From a virus (lineage: Duplodnaviria > Heunggongvirae > Uroviricota > Caudoviricetes), in IMG/VR virus record IMGVR_UViG_3300021168_000019, positions 1-26,671 of that record: 26,671 bases of DNA. One strand, written 5' to 3'. Under the pieces are notes generated by a model. It did not search any database. It was not told the origin of the DNA and worked only from the letters and a program-made list of their open reading frames with translations. This document shows, piece after piece, positions 1 through 7,567 of the stretch (positions are counted from its first letter, which is position 1; each line of letters begins with the position of its first letter). Made by a program: the position numbers and the translations under genes.

Positions 1-150
1 GCAAAAGAATTGGGCGATGTGCTTTGGTATATCGCAGCACTGGCCGAGGAGCTACGGATTCCCATGAGCACGATTGCTGGCATGAATATTGCAAAGCTTC
101 GTGACCGTAAGGACCGAGGCGTCATTAAGAGCGAAGGAGACAATCGATAA
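1..150 (+). CDS. MazG-like NTP pyrophosphohydrolase, C-terminal part (5'-truncated by window)
   Basis: Manual translation of frame 1 gives AKELGDVLWYIAALAEELRIPMSTIAGMNIAKLRDRKDRGVIKSEGDNR*. ELGDVLWY and N..KL..R are typical of phage MazG/NTP-PPase proteins. Confidence 0.85.
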   Translation, partial: AKELGDVLWYIAALAEELRIPMSTIAGMNIAKLRDRKDRGVIKSEGDNR

Positions 151-154
151 ACCC

Positions 155-187
155 AAGTCAAGGAATTAGCCCCTTGACTTTTTCTTT
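155..187 (+). terminator. Putative intrinsic terminator after the MazG-like gene
   Basis: Inverted repeat AAGTCAAGG(155-163)...CCTTGACTT(172-180) followed by TTTCTTT. Confidence 0.55.
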
Positions 188-208
188 GGTCTGTGAGAGG
201 ATATAACC

Positions 209-364
209 ATGTTGACGATAGAAGAGAAGAAGATGATTGCAGCCGTGAAGGCTAACTGGGATGACCGGAGTGTACCGGGTCAGTTAGTTAAGATTATCGA
301 GCGGCTGACAGCAGTTGAGCCTAGACCGGCGCGTAGCGAACGGGCATGGCCTCCCGTGGAATAG
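209..364 (+). CDS. Small hypothetical protein (51 aa)
   Basis: Not in the ORF track. Manual translation MLTIEEKKMIAAVKANWDDRSVPGQLVKIIERLTAVEPRPARSERAWPPVE*. GAGAGG SD-like sequence upstream, and it fills the gap before the next gene. Confidence 0.6.
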   Translation: MLTIEEKKMIAAVKANWDDRSVPGQLVKIIERLTAVEPRPARSERAWPPVE

Positions 365-377
365 GAGAGATGGGAAA

Positions 378-1211
378 ATGATTCACATTCTTAACAAAAA
401 CTTGCTCATTCCGTATAAGAGTTTCACATTCTCCGGTGGCGAGATTCAGGTAAAGCTTACGCCTGCTAACTTGGAGTACAGTCCTGACTGTCCGGTAGAC
501 TTTCATGCTACTATTACATCTGCTAGTGACCTGATGGAACTGGCGTTGCTGGTAGACGCAATTGACCGTTGGTTTTTGGATAAGTTCTATTCCAAGCCTG
601 TCAGAAAGAACTTGCACCTTCCTTATATGCCATATGCGCGGCAGGACCGAGTGTGTGCGCCCGGTGAAGCGTTGGCCCTTAAGGTGGCAGCTAACTTTAT
701 CAATTCATTGAAATTTGACGAGGTACACATTTCAGACCCTCATAGTGATGTAACCGTGGCTTTACTTGACCGGGTACTAGTACAGGATTTGATTAGCATC
801 TTCAAAGATAGGATGCCTACTACAGCTTTCATGGGTGGTACAGTTCTCATTGCGCCCGATGCTGGAGCTAGTAAGAAGGTTTTCAAGCTAGCACAATATC
901 AGAATGTTCGGATGGTACAGGCTGAGAAAGTCCGTAATCCTCTCAATGGGGAGATTACCGGGACGGTGGTTCACAGCAATGGGCTAGGAGCTAGTCCTGT
1001 CCTAGTAGTCGATGATATCTGTGATGGTGGGCGAACGTTCATAGAACTTGCCAAGCCATTGTCTGAGATAACTACCGGGAAGCTTTCCCTATACGTGACA
1101 CATGGTATCTTCTCAAAGGGACTGACAGATTTGCTGGAATGGTACGATTATATCTACTGTCCCTATGTGTTCCCTAACGTTGAACAAGATGAAAGGTTGA
1201 TTCGTATATGA
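378..1211 (+). CDS. prs: Ribose-phosphate pyrophosphokinase-like protein; in this context probably ADPR-pyrophosphate synthetase (Adps) of NARP1
   Basis: Motifs FSGGEIQV, PYMPYARQDR, DPHSDV, IAPDAGA, VVDDICDGGRTF and VTHGIFS. Start moved from 315 to ATG 378 (GGAG SD; avoids overlap with 209..364). NARP1 call rests on the adjacent NAMPT-like gene. Confidence 0.9.
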   Translation: MIHILNKNLLIPYKSFTFSGGEIQVKLTPANLEYSPDCPVDFHATITSASDLMELALLVDAIDRWFLDKFYSKPVRKNLHLPYMPYARQDRVCAPGEALALKVAANFINSLKFDEVHISDPHSDVTVALLDRVLVQDLISIFKDRMPTTAFMGGTVLIAPDAGASKKVFKLAQYQNVRMVQAEKVRNPLNGEITGTVVHSNGLGASPVLVVDDICDGGRTFIELAKPLSEITTGKLSLYVTHGIFSKGLTDLLEWYDYIYCPYVFPNVEQDERLIRI

Positions 1212-1477
1212 GTAAAGCTACACTCTTCGAGACGCATGAATCTTCAATGGTGCTAATTGTAAATGATGGTAACTTGGCGTATCCTAATACATCAGTAACT
1301 ATTGAAGGTTGTAATAGGAGTGCTATTGCAAACGGAATCGTCCGTATGATAAATGAAAATCAATGTTCAGAATGCGGTAAGTTTAATGGACTCCACGGAG
1401 AGGTTTTCCATGTAACGGATATGGATAACGGAGAAGTCAGAGGTAAATATTTGATGTGCTCGAAAGGAATAAAGTGA
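1208..1477 (+). CDS. Hypothetical protein with CxxC (possible Zn binding), between the two NAD genes
   Basis: 89 aa ORF with ATGA and GTGA overlaps to both neighbours (translational coupling). Contains CSECGKFNGLH...C. Confidence 0.65.
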   Translation: MSKATLFETHESSMVLIVNDGNLAYPNTSVTIEGCNRSAIANGIVRMINENQCSECGKFNGLHGEVFHVTDMDNGEVRGKYLMCSKGIK

Positions 1478-2949
1478 ACATTTTTCCACTACACGCAACG
1501 GACTTCTACAAGACCGGCCATCCGTCACAGTACCCAAAGGTGACAGAGTTTATCAATGAGAACTTTACTTGCCGGTCTTCGAAGTTCCTCAACGCTGGAC
1601 CCGGCTACGATGGCAAGGTGGTATTCTTTGGTCTGCAATATGTCCTGAAGAATCTCCTCATCGATACGTGGAATAAGAATTTCTTTGACCTTCCTGAAGA
1701 GGAAGTCATTGCCAAGTACAAGCGTAGGATGGATATGGCTCTAGGGCCGAATGCCGTGGACATGGAGCATGTCAAACAGTTGCACCGTGTTGGGTACCTG
1801 CCTATCGAGATTAAGGCTCTCCCGGAAGGCTCCCGTGTCGATATCCGGGTTCCGCTCTTCACCATGAAGAATACCATCTCAGGCTTTGCGTGGGTGGTCG
1901 GTTATCTGGAGACGGCAATCTCTGCGGAACTCTGGCAGATTATCACATCGGCAACCGTGGCCTATGAATACAGAAAGCTGTTCACAGACTACGCTCTTAT
2001 GACTGGAGCACCTTTGGAATTCGTTCCGTGGCAGGGACACGACTTCAGCGCCCGTGGCATGGTAGGAACAGTCGGTGGGGCCACGAGCGGGATGGGCCAT
2101 CTCACTAGCTTCACTGGTACTGATACGATTCTGGCCTTGGACTTCCTTGAAGAGTATTACCACGGAGCAGACACGTTCCTTGGCGGTAGTGTACCGGCTA
2201 CAGAGCACTCAGTCATGTGCATGGGAACTCAGGACAGTGAGATTGAGACATTCCGGCGCTTGATTGAAGATGTTTATCCCAAAGGAATCGTCAGTATTGT
2301 ATCTGATACGTGGGACTTCTGGGAAGTTATCACTAGCTTTGCTCAGTATTTGAAGCCTCGAATCCTTGCCCGTTATGGGAAGGTGGTATTTCGGCCTGAC
2401 TCCGGGGACCCTGTAAAGATTATCGTAGGTGACCCCGATGCTAGGTTTGGCTCTCCTGCTTATAAAGGAGCAGTTGAATGTCTCTGGGAAATCTTTGGCG
2501 GGACTAGGACTCCGTTTGGGTATAAGGTTCTCGATTCACACGTTGGCCTTATCTACGGAGATAGCATCTCATTGGACCGCGCACAGCGTATCCTTGAAGG
2601 ATTGAAGACTAAGGGATTCGCTTCTAACAACATTGTCTTTGGAATCGGTAGCTACACGTATCAGTACGTTACCCGTGACACTCTGGGGACCGCTATTAAG
2701 GCCACATGGGGACAGGTAAACGGTGAGGCGCGTAATCTGTTTAAGAAGCCCAAGACGGACAACGGCATGAAGAATTCGGCCTGTGGGTTAATCCGAATCG
2801 AATTTGAGAACGGTCACTATGTTCTCTACGACCAACAAACCCTTGAGCAAGAACAGCAGGGCCTCTTGACAACCGTGTTCAAGGATAGTAAGATTGTACT
2901 TGAGCACACAATCGCGGACATTCGCACTAGACTTTTAACGGGCGCGTAA
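1474..2949 (+). CDS. nadV: Nicotinamide phosphoribosyltransferase-like protein; probably Namat of NARP1
   Basis: Motifs TDFYKTGH, HDFSARG, HLTSFTGTDT, VPATEHSVM, VSDTWD, RPDSGDP, IYGDSI, FGIGSYTYQ and TRDT. GTG start at 1474 overlaps the upstream TGA and has an AAGGA SD. Confidence 0.93.
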   Translation: MNIFPLHATDFYKTGHPSQYPKVTEFINENFTCRSSKFLNAGPGYDGKVVFFGLQYVLKNLLIDTWNKNFFDLPEEEVIAKYKRRMDMALGPNAVDMEHVKQLHRVGYLPIEIKALPEGSRVDIRVPLFTMKNTISGFAWVVGYLETAISAELWQIITSATVAYEYRKLFTDYALMTGAPLEFVPWQGHDFSARGMVGTVGGATSGMGHLTSFTGTDTILALDFLEEYYHGADTFLGGSVPATEHSVMCMGTQDSEIETFRRLIEDVYPKGIVSIVSDTWDFWEVITSFAQYLKPRILARYGKVVFRPDSGDPVKIIVGDPDARFGSPAYKGAVECLWEIFGGTRTPFGYKVLDSHVGLIYGDSISLDRAQRILEGLKTKGFASNNIVFGIGSYTYQYVTRDTLGTAIKATWGQVNGEARNLFKKPKTDNGMKNSACGLIRIEFENGHYVLYDQQTLEQEQQGLLTTVFKDSKIVLEHTIADIRTRLLTGA

Positions 2950-3015
2950 CTCAGAAGGAAGAGTCAAGGATTTCTAATCCTTTGGTCGCAGGTTCGAGTC
3001 CTGCCGTGCTCTCCA
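2940..3015 (+). tRNA. trnR: tRNA-Arg(UCU)
   Basis: GGGCGCG TA ACTC AGAAGGAA GAGT C AAGGA TTTCTAA TCCTT TGGTC GCAGG TTCGAGT CCTGC CGTGCTC T CCA: full 76-nt cloverleaf with encoded CCA. Confidence 0.93.
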
Positions 3016-3460
3016 AATTATCATGTTCCCAATGGCAATTGGGACACAAACGTAGAAGATTGAACCTATCGTTGACTACTGAAAGTTTGGTATCAAGTGG
3101 AAAGGTTGAAATAGCCCGGATGTGACAGACTTCAGTATGTTTGTTATATCCGCAACGTTGACAAGGGCAATCTGGAAACGATGCTCTAGCTCTTGTTCTA
3201 ACCAAGGCATAAGCTGAAGACTTGTGCTGGTGTTCGTAAATGGCTTCTTGTAGGGTTATGTCTTTCATTTCAAAGCGTTTAACCCTACATGGTGGACAAT
3301 AGTGATGGCTTTTTGGAATTAGTACGTTACATGCTTTACAGCGCTTAGTTAAGAGTTTAGGTCTAGGCGAACGTTCTCTACCACGGTTAGCACAAAGACG
3401 TGAGCAGAAAGCCGGATTGGTGGTAGTAGTGCCACATGGGCAAACGGTAGTGGGAATCAT
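2951..3460 (-). CDS. HNH endonuclease with N-terminal Cys-rich Zn-binding region
   Basis: CQRCGYNKHTEVCHI...NLLRLCPNCHWEHD HNH core, and CPCG/FCSRLC/CKAC/CPPC at the N-terminus. The last 21 codons are the antisense of tRNA-Arg. Confidence 0.85.
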   Translation of the reverse strand: MIPTTVCPCGTTTTNPAFCSRLCANRGRERSPRPKLLTKRCKACNVLIPKSHHYCPPCRVKRFEMKDITLQEAIYEHQHKSSAYALVRTRARASFPDCPCQRCGYNKHTEVCHIRAISTFPLDTKLSVVNDRFNLLRLCPNCHWEHDNLESTAGLEPATKGLEILDSSF

Positions 3461-3471
3461 AATGTATTTCC

Positions 3472-3500
3472 ATTATACCATAAATTTTGTAGAAAGTCAA
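3472..3500 (-). promoter_or_regulatory. sigma70-type promoter driving the HNH gene
   Basis: Minus strand reads TTGACT(3500-3495)-17 nt-TATAAT(3477-3472) with an extended -10 TG. The ATG at 3460 is 11 nt downstream of the -10 box. Confidence 0.85.
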
Positions 3501-3510
3501 GAAAGGGAAT

Positions 3511-4671
3511 ATGACACAGACAGCAATTACATTCTTTAAGAAGGGCGATGCGTTCTTCCAAGGTGTTGACACTCCTAGCCAACGGTATGAGAAGCTTCCC
3601 GGTGGGATTTATCTCGTAAGCGTGTCAATGGAAACTGGGTTCTTTGTGAGAGAACTCCCTAACTTCGATTTGCCGAAGCGTCTCTACGGAGACATCAAGA
3701 AGCAAGCTATCCGTATCTTGGATACCTTTGCTGACCGTCCAGCTACTACCGGTGTGCTTCTGTCCGGGGAAAAGGGCAGCGGTAAGACTCTTCTGACGAA
3801 GACGATTTGCAGCACTGCGGCTAAACTCGGCATCCCTACGCTGGTCGTAAACAACTCCTTTGGCGGGGATAGCTTCAATACCTTCTTGCAGAGCATTACA
3901 CAGCCTTGCATTCTTCTGTTTGATGAGTTTGAAAAGGTGTACGACGCCGACTCGCAGCAGGGCTTGCTGACACTGTTTGATGGTATCTTTACCACGCAGA
4001 AGCTTATCCTGTTGACTAGCAATGACTACGGCAAGATTAACAGTCACCTTCAGAACCGTCCGGGTCGTATCTATTACAATCTGGAATTCAACGGTTTGGA
4101 TAACGACTTCATTATGGAATACGGCAAGGATAACCTGAAGAACCCGGCGCACGTAAATGGTCTGGGAGTTGTTGCCTCAATGGTCAAGCCGATGAGTTTC
4201 GACATTCTACAGGCAATCGTGGAAGAGTGCAACCGGTACGATGAGTCGCCAGTCAAGACGATGGAGATTCTGAACGTTAAGGAATACTCTAGCTTCGCTG
4301 ATACTTACCTTGTTTCCATCGTGTCCAAGAAGGGCAAGAAGATTAGCCTGAAGGCCGGTGAACCGGATGAAGACGGAGATTTTGAGGATAACTCTGAGGT
4401 TCGTTGCAATCCATTTAAGGCATTCCGGTGCGATTACTACCTTCACGTTCCAGCTACTACCAAGGCCGGGAAACCAAAGAAGGCAACGGCACAGTACGTT
4501 GGTAACATTCTCAAACCGGAACAGTTGACTTCCTTCGATGGAATCCACGGTATCTACAAGTTTGAGACTGAAGACTTGCTGGTTACCCTGACGCGTAAGC
4601 CTCTGGACAGTCAGACGAAGTTTGAGAAGTACGAGCATCTGGCCGTTACGGAGGATAGAAAGGACCTGTAA
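3511..4671 (+). CDS. AAA+ family ATPase
   Basis: Walker A GEKGSGKT, Walker B ILLFDEFEK, sensor region LTSND and Arg-finger region NRPGRI. GAAAGGGA SD. Confidence 0.88.
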   Translation: MTQTAITFFKKGDAFFQGVDTPSQRYEKLPGGIYLVSVSMETGFFVRELPNFDLPKRLYGDIKKQAIRILDTFADRPATTGVLLSGEKGSGKTLLTKTICSTAAKLGIPTLVVNNSFGGDSFNTFLQSITQPCILLFDEFEKVYDADSQQGLLTLFDGIFTTQKLILLTSNDYGKINSHLQNRPGRIYYNLEFNGLDNDFIMEYGKDNLKNPAHVNGLGVVASMVKPMSFDILQAIVEECNRYDESPVKTMEILNVKEYSSFADTYLVSIVSKKGKKISLKAGEPDEDGDFEDNSEVRCNPFKAFRCDYYLHVPATTKAGKPKKATAQYVGNILKPEQLTSFDGIHGIYKFETEDLLVTLTRKPLDSQTKFEKYEHLAVTEDRKDL

Positions 4672-4673
4672 AC

Positions 4674-4710
4674 AAAAAAAAATAGGCTCCCGTTTATAGG
4701 GAGCCTTTTC
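4674..4710. terminator. Bidirectional intrinsic terminator between convergent genes
   Basis: A-run, then AGGCTCCC(4684-4691)-GTTTATA-GGGAGCCT(4699-4706), then TTT. Lies between the + strand ATPase and the - strand HNH gene. Confidence 0.85.
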
Positions 4711-5182
4711 TGTATTCTAATACCGCTTTCATTGCTACTAGCATTTCATCATGGGTGAGTAAATCTCGTTTAATCATATTACAACTGGTACAACACACAA
4801 CACAATTTTCCTTGGAATATCCTAGTGAGTTATCCTTCCTATCCAAAAAGTAGGCCCTAGATGTATACTCTCCTCCTACGGTAGAATACGGAATCCACGG
4901 TATAAGACAGGAGCAGTAACAGCAGTTTGGAACTTTAGTGAAGTCTAAAAACTCTTCATAAGTTATTGTATTACCCAGCTTGCGCCAATCATTCAGAAAG
5001 CATTTATAGATACTTTCATAGGGCCGCTTCTGATGAGAATGGGTCTGACACATGCCGGAGTGAGACTTATTATCATCCCGAATTCTGACTTCAGTGGCGC
5101 ATCCGGGTGCAGCGCACTTGTACACCCGGATAGTTTTACTAGGTTTGCTATTATATTCTACACGAATTAGCGAATCGGACAT
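4694..5182 (-). CDS. HNH-type homing endonuclease-like protein
   Basis: CCYC...LDRKDNSLGYSKENCVVCCTSCNMIK His-Me finger pattern. Start moved to ATG 5182, preceded by GGAGGAG inside the last nrdJ codons. Paralogous to 11331..11888. Confidence 0.8.
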   Translation of the reverse strand: MSDSLIRVEYNSKPSKTIRVYKCAAPGCATEVRIRDDNKSHSGMCQTHSHQKRPYESIYKCFLNDWRKLGNTITYEEFLDFTKVPNCCYCSCLIPWIPYSTVGGEYTSRAYFLDRKDNSLGYSKENCVVCCTSCNMIKRDLLTHDEMLVAMKAVLEYRKGSL

Positions 5183-7035
5183 ACTCCTCCCTCGCATTCC
5201 ATCCCTTCAATCATGCGGCCTTCGCCGATGTCTTCTATTTGGATAGGCTTAATCTTGCTAGATAATTTCTCATATTGCTCACGAGTAATTGCCTCTTTAG
5301 GAGCCTGTTTGAATCCGTGATCCCCGTGACATAGAAAACTAATGGACTTGACAAATTGTAAATTCTGTGCTACCCATTCTTTCAGTTTCGGGATATCTTC
5401 ACGTTTATAATACACCGTTACTGATACCGCCTGATCTGACCAATGTTTCTGCGCCATCTTTAGTACATCCAATTGCTTCCATGTATCCCAATCTTCATCT
5501 GCGACGGGGCTTCCTTCAGGAGCGGCTACGTAGAAGTCTACTACTAAAGTCTGCTGGTCTAACGTACCATCAAATCTTATCACAGGTTCAATGTGATGTC
5601 CAGCGGCTCTCAATTTCGGCACCAACGGGTCGTTAGATGCTACTCGGATGCGCTGGACAATATACCGACTCCATGCCGCATGGATTCCCTCATACCCGTT
5701 ACAGTCTAGAACTTTTGACATCGTACCGGAAGGTTTGACTACCGTAGTTCTCTTGCTCAAAGGCAATCCTAGCTCTTTGGAGTACTTTGCATCCTCATCT
5801 TGAATGGCGGCATAGGCCCGGTCTAGTGTTTCAGGTAAGAACAGCCCAGAAGCTAGACAGCCGGTGATGCCGTTCCCTGTGCGCCTATTACGGGCGATTA
5901 CAGCCTGTGAGAGAGGATGATGATATCTTTCCATAGTCACGCGCTTTGCATAGCGCTGCATGAGCCTAGAGGCGTCAATGAACTCCTGTTCTGACTCCAT
6001 GTTGCACAGGGCCATCTCGGTTAAGTTGCATGGCTCACCGTTCTCAAGAGTCGCTTCTGCGCAAGGGTTGACGCCTATCGCGCTGTCAGGTTTTAGTTCT
6101 CCCATGCGCCCATACTTCTGAATGGCAGTACGGTTTACAATCCCGAATGGCTCTCCTTGCTCATACGTCTTCCAGAATAGAGGGTGGAAGTCATCAGTAT
6201 CATCACAGACGACTGAGTAATTAGCGCAGCTACGATGAGTAGGAATAGGTCCTAAATCCCATCTCTTAGCCCTGAGATAATCTTTATCCCATACATCTCC
6301 AAGAATAATAATAGCAGATCGACGCACGTTGCCTGCTACAACCATCTCTCCTGTAGCCGTTAGAATATCTGCTGCGTCAATGGGTCGAACTGGCTTTCCT
6401 GCTCTTGGTAGAAGAATGGACAGTAAGGTATCAATAAATTTAATCAATGGCAGCGGTCCACTTGCTACTCCTCCAAATCCAACAATCGGCTCTCCGTATC
6501 CTCTTAGGCAAACTGTAGAGTAAGTAAATGACTTACCGGTTTCAAATAAACTCTCTAATACACGTCTAGTAAGTTCGCACCATCCTTCACGAGAATCGGG
6601 CACGATGAAATCAGCATCTTTGGTAGCTTTGTGCGTAATGTATACATCTTTCTTAATCCTAGGAAGTTTACTGGTAAATTGATGCTCAACAGATAACCCT
6701 ACTCCTCCTCCTAGCATTAGTAAATCTTGTGCTATAACAAAATGATTGTAATCTGCTGCCGTTAGAAACCAACAGTTATTTAAAGCTGCTCCACCAAATC
6801 TCTCATGGGCCGGTGCTCCCGAGAACCAATAGCCTCTCCCTGCCGGTCCTGCCTTACGTTCGTTAGCTAGTCTAAGTAGTTCCTTGATTTCGGCTTCTGG
6901 AACATTCTTTCCTTTGACGTTACCCATAATGGCACGTTCTACTGTTTGGTTCCAATTTTCTAACTGCCCATGATCTTTCCGCGCATAAGTTCGGCGGTAC
7001 ACAATACTTGCGAGATTACTGAATTCCTTTGACAT
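5167..7035 (-). CDS. nrdJ: Class II (adenosylcobalamin-dependent) monomeric ribonucleotide reductase
   Basis: Motifs YRRTYAR, PAGR, NNCWF, VVAGNVRRSA, GVNPCAE (thiyl Cys), CNLTE, TTVVKPSGT, and C-terminal redox pair CEGGVCPIR. Start taken at MSKEF (ATG 7035). Confidence 0.92.
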   Translation of the reverse strand: MSKEFSNLASIVYRRTYARKDHGQLENWNQTVERAIMGNVKGKNVPEAEIKELLRLANERKAGPAGRGYWFSGAPAHERFGGAALNNCWFLTAADYNHFVIAQDLLMLGGGVGLSVEHQFTSKLPRIKKDVYITHKATKDADFIVPDSREGWCELTRRVLESLFETGKSFTYSTVCLRGYGEPIVGFGGVASGPLPLIKFIDTLLSILLPRAGKPVRPIDAADILTATGEMVVAGNVRRSAIIILGDVWDKDYLRAKRWDLGPIPTHRSCANYSVVCDDTDDFHPLFWKTYEQGEPFGIVNRTAIQKYGRMGELKPDSAIGVNPCAEATLENGEPCNLTEMALCNMESEQEFIDASRLMQRYAKRVTMERYHHPLSQAVIARNRRTGNGITGCLASGLFLPETLDRAYAAIQDEDAKYSKELGLPLSKRTTVVKPSGTMSKVLDCNGYEGIHAAWSRYIVQRIRVASNDPLVPKLRAAGHHIEPVIRFDGTLDQQTLVVDFYVAAPEGSPVADEDWDTWKQLDVLKMAQKHWSDQAVSVTVYYKREDIPKLKEWVAQNLQFVKSISFLCHGDHGFKQAPKEAITREQYEKLSSKIKPIQIEDIGEGRMIEGMECEGGVCPIR

Positions 7036-7076
7036 TATTTTCCCTTGTAAATGATACAGGCACAAAAAGTGCAATG

Positions 7077-7107
7077 AAAAGGAGGCAAGCCGGTTAGGGC
7101 CTGCCTC
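7077..7107 (-). terminator. Intrinsic terminator between the endolysin gene and nrdJ
   Basis: Minus strand reads GAGGCAGGCC-CTAACC-GGCTTGCCTC (10 bp, one GU) then CTTTT. Confidence 0.8.
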
Positions 7108-7147
7108 TTTAGCTGCTCGTTATTGATACCCACGAGTCAGGGGTAGT

Positions 7148-7567
7148 TTATTTAAAGAAAGTGTGGTGACCGATGGTAGCCGTCACGGGATGCTCGGCGG
7201 GGTTGTTAACAATGTTTCTAAAGAACCAACCGCTTGTGGTGTTCTTGAGGTTGGCATAATAGTGAGCGCCTTTGGTAACGTCCTCGTCACTACCGGCTAG
7301 TACTAGAAGCGCCAGAGCGTGACAGGCTATAAAGATCGCATCGTTGGGACTAGGGACAAGGTTGAACTCTGGATCAGAGGATACGGACATACTGGTAAAT
7401 TGGTTCTTACCATAGATCACATCATGGAGAGTATGAGCGAAGCCGGGGTGTCCTACACGGTTAGTAATGACGTGCATCACTGCGCGACATCCTTCCATGC
7501 CTTCCCCTCTAGCTTCCTTCCAAGTGACAAGAGCAAGGTTATCTACATCTGTTTTATCGAACGTCAT
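7148..7567 (-). CDS. SleB/Hydrolase_2-family cell wall hydrolase (probable endolysin)
   Basis: LALVTWKEARGEG..G..AV.HVITNRV, NQFTS, TKGAHYY and IGHHTFF. The catalytic Glu of the EARGE motif is present. Confidence 0.88.
   Translation of the reverse strand: MTFDKTDVDNLALVTWKEARGEGMEGCRAVMHVITNRVGHPGFAHTLHDVIYGKNQFTSMSVSSDPEFNLVPSPNDAIFIACHALALLVLAGSDEDVTKGAHYYANLKNTTSGWFFRNIVNNPAEHPVTATIGHHTFFK

Noticed and set aside
174-202. Possible sigma70 promoter starting TTGACT at 174
   Set aside because: At 17 bp spacing the -10 would be GAGGAT, a poor match. The TTGACT is explained as one arm of the terminator hairpin.
315-377. N-terminal extension of the prs-like ORF given in the track (MSLDRR...)
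   Set aside because: It overlaps a plausible upstream 51-aa ORF. ATG 378 has an SD and matches where Prs homology begins.
2940-3015. tRNA-Arg as a prophage attachment site
   Set aside because: No integrase, no duplicated tRNA 3' fragment and no host genes on either side. Both flanks are phage-like.
321-6523. Opposite-strand and alternate-frame ORFs in the track (e.g. 321..617, 1605..1877, 1879..2208, 3625..4152, 4207..4638, 5367..5636, 6329..6523)
   Set aside because: They are shadows of well-supported genes, with no SD or recognisable motifs.
5167-7035. Apparent shifts in codon style within nrdJ and between prs-like and nadV-like genes (mosaicism)
   Set aside because: This is only an impression by eye. 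It needs a sliding-window GC3/codon analysis that I cannot run.
7082-7150. Resemblance of AACTACCCC / TCAATAAC / CTAAAG / GGCTTG words to IS200/IS605 (IscB omegaRNA/HEARO) ends
   Set aside because: Only scattered short words. There is no tnpA, tnpB or iscB gene and the spacing does not fit the hairpin of those elements.
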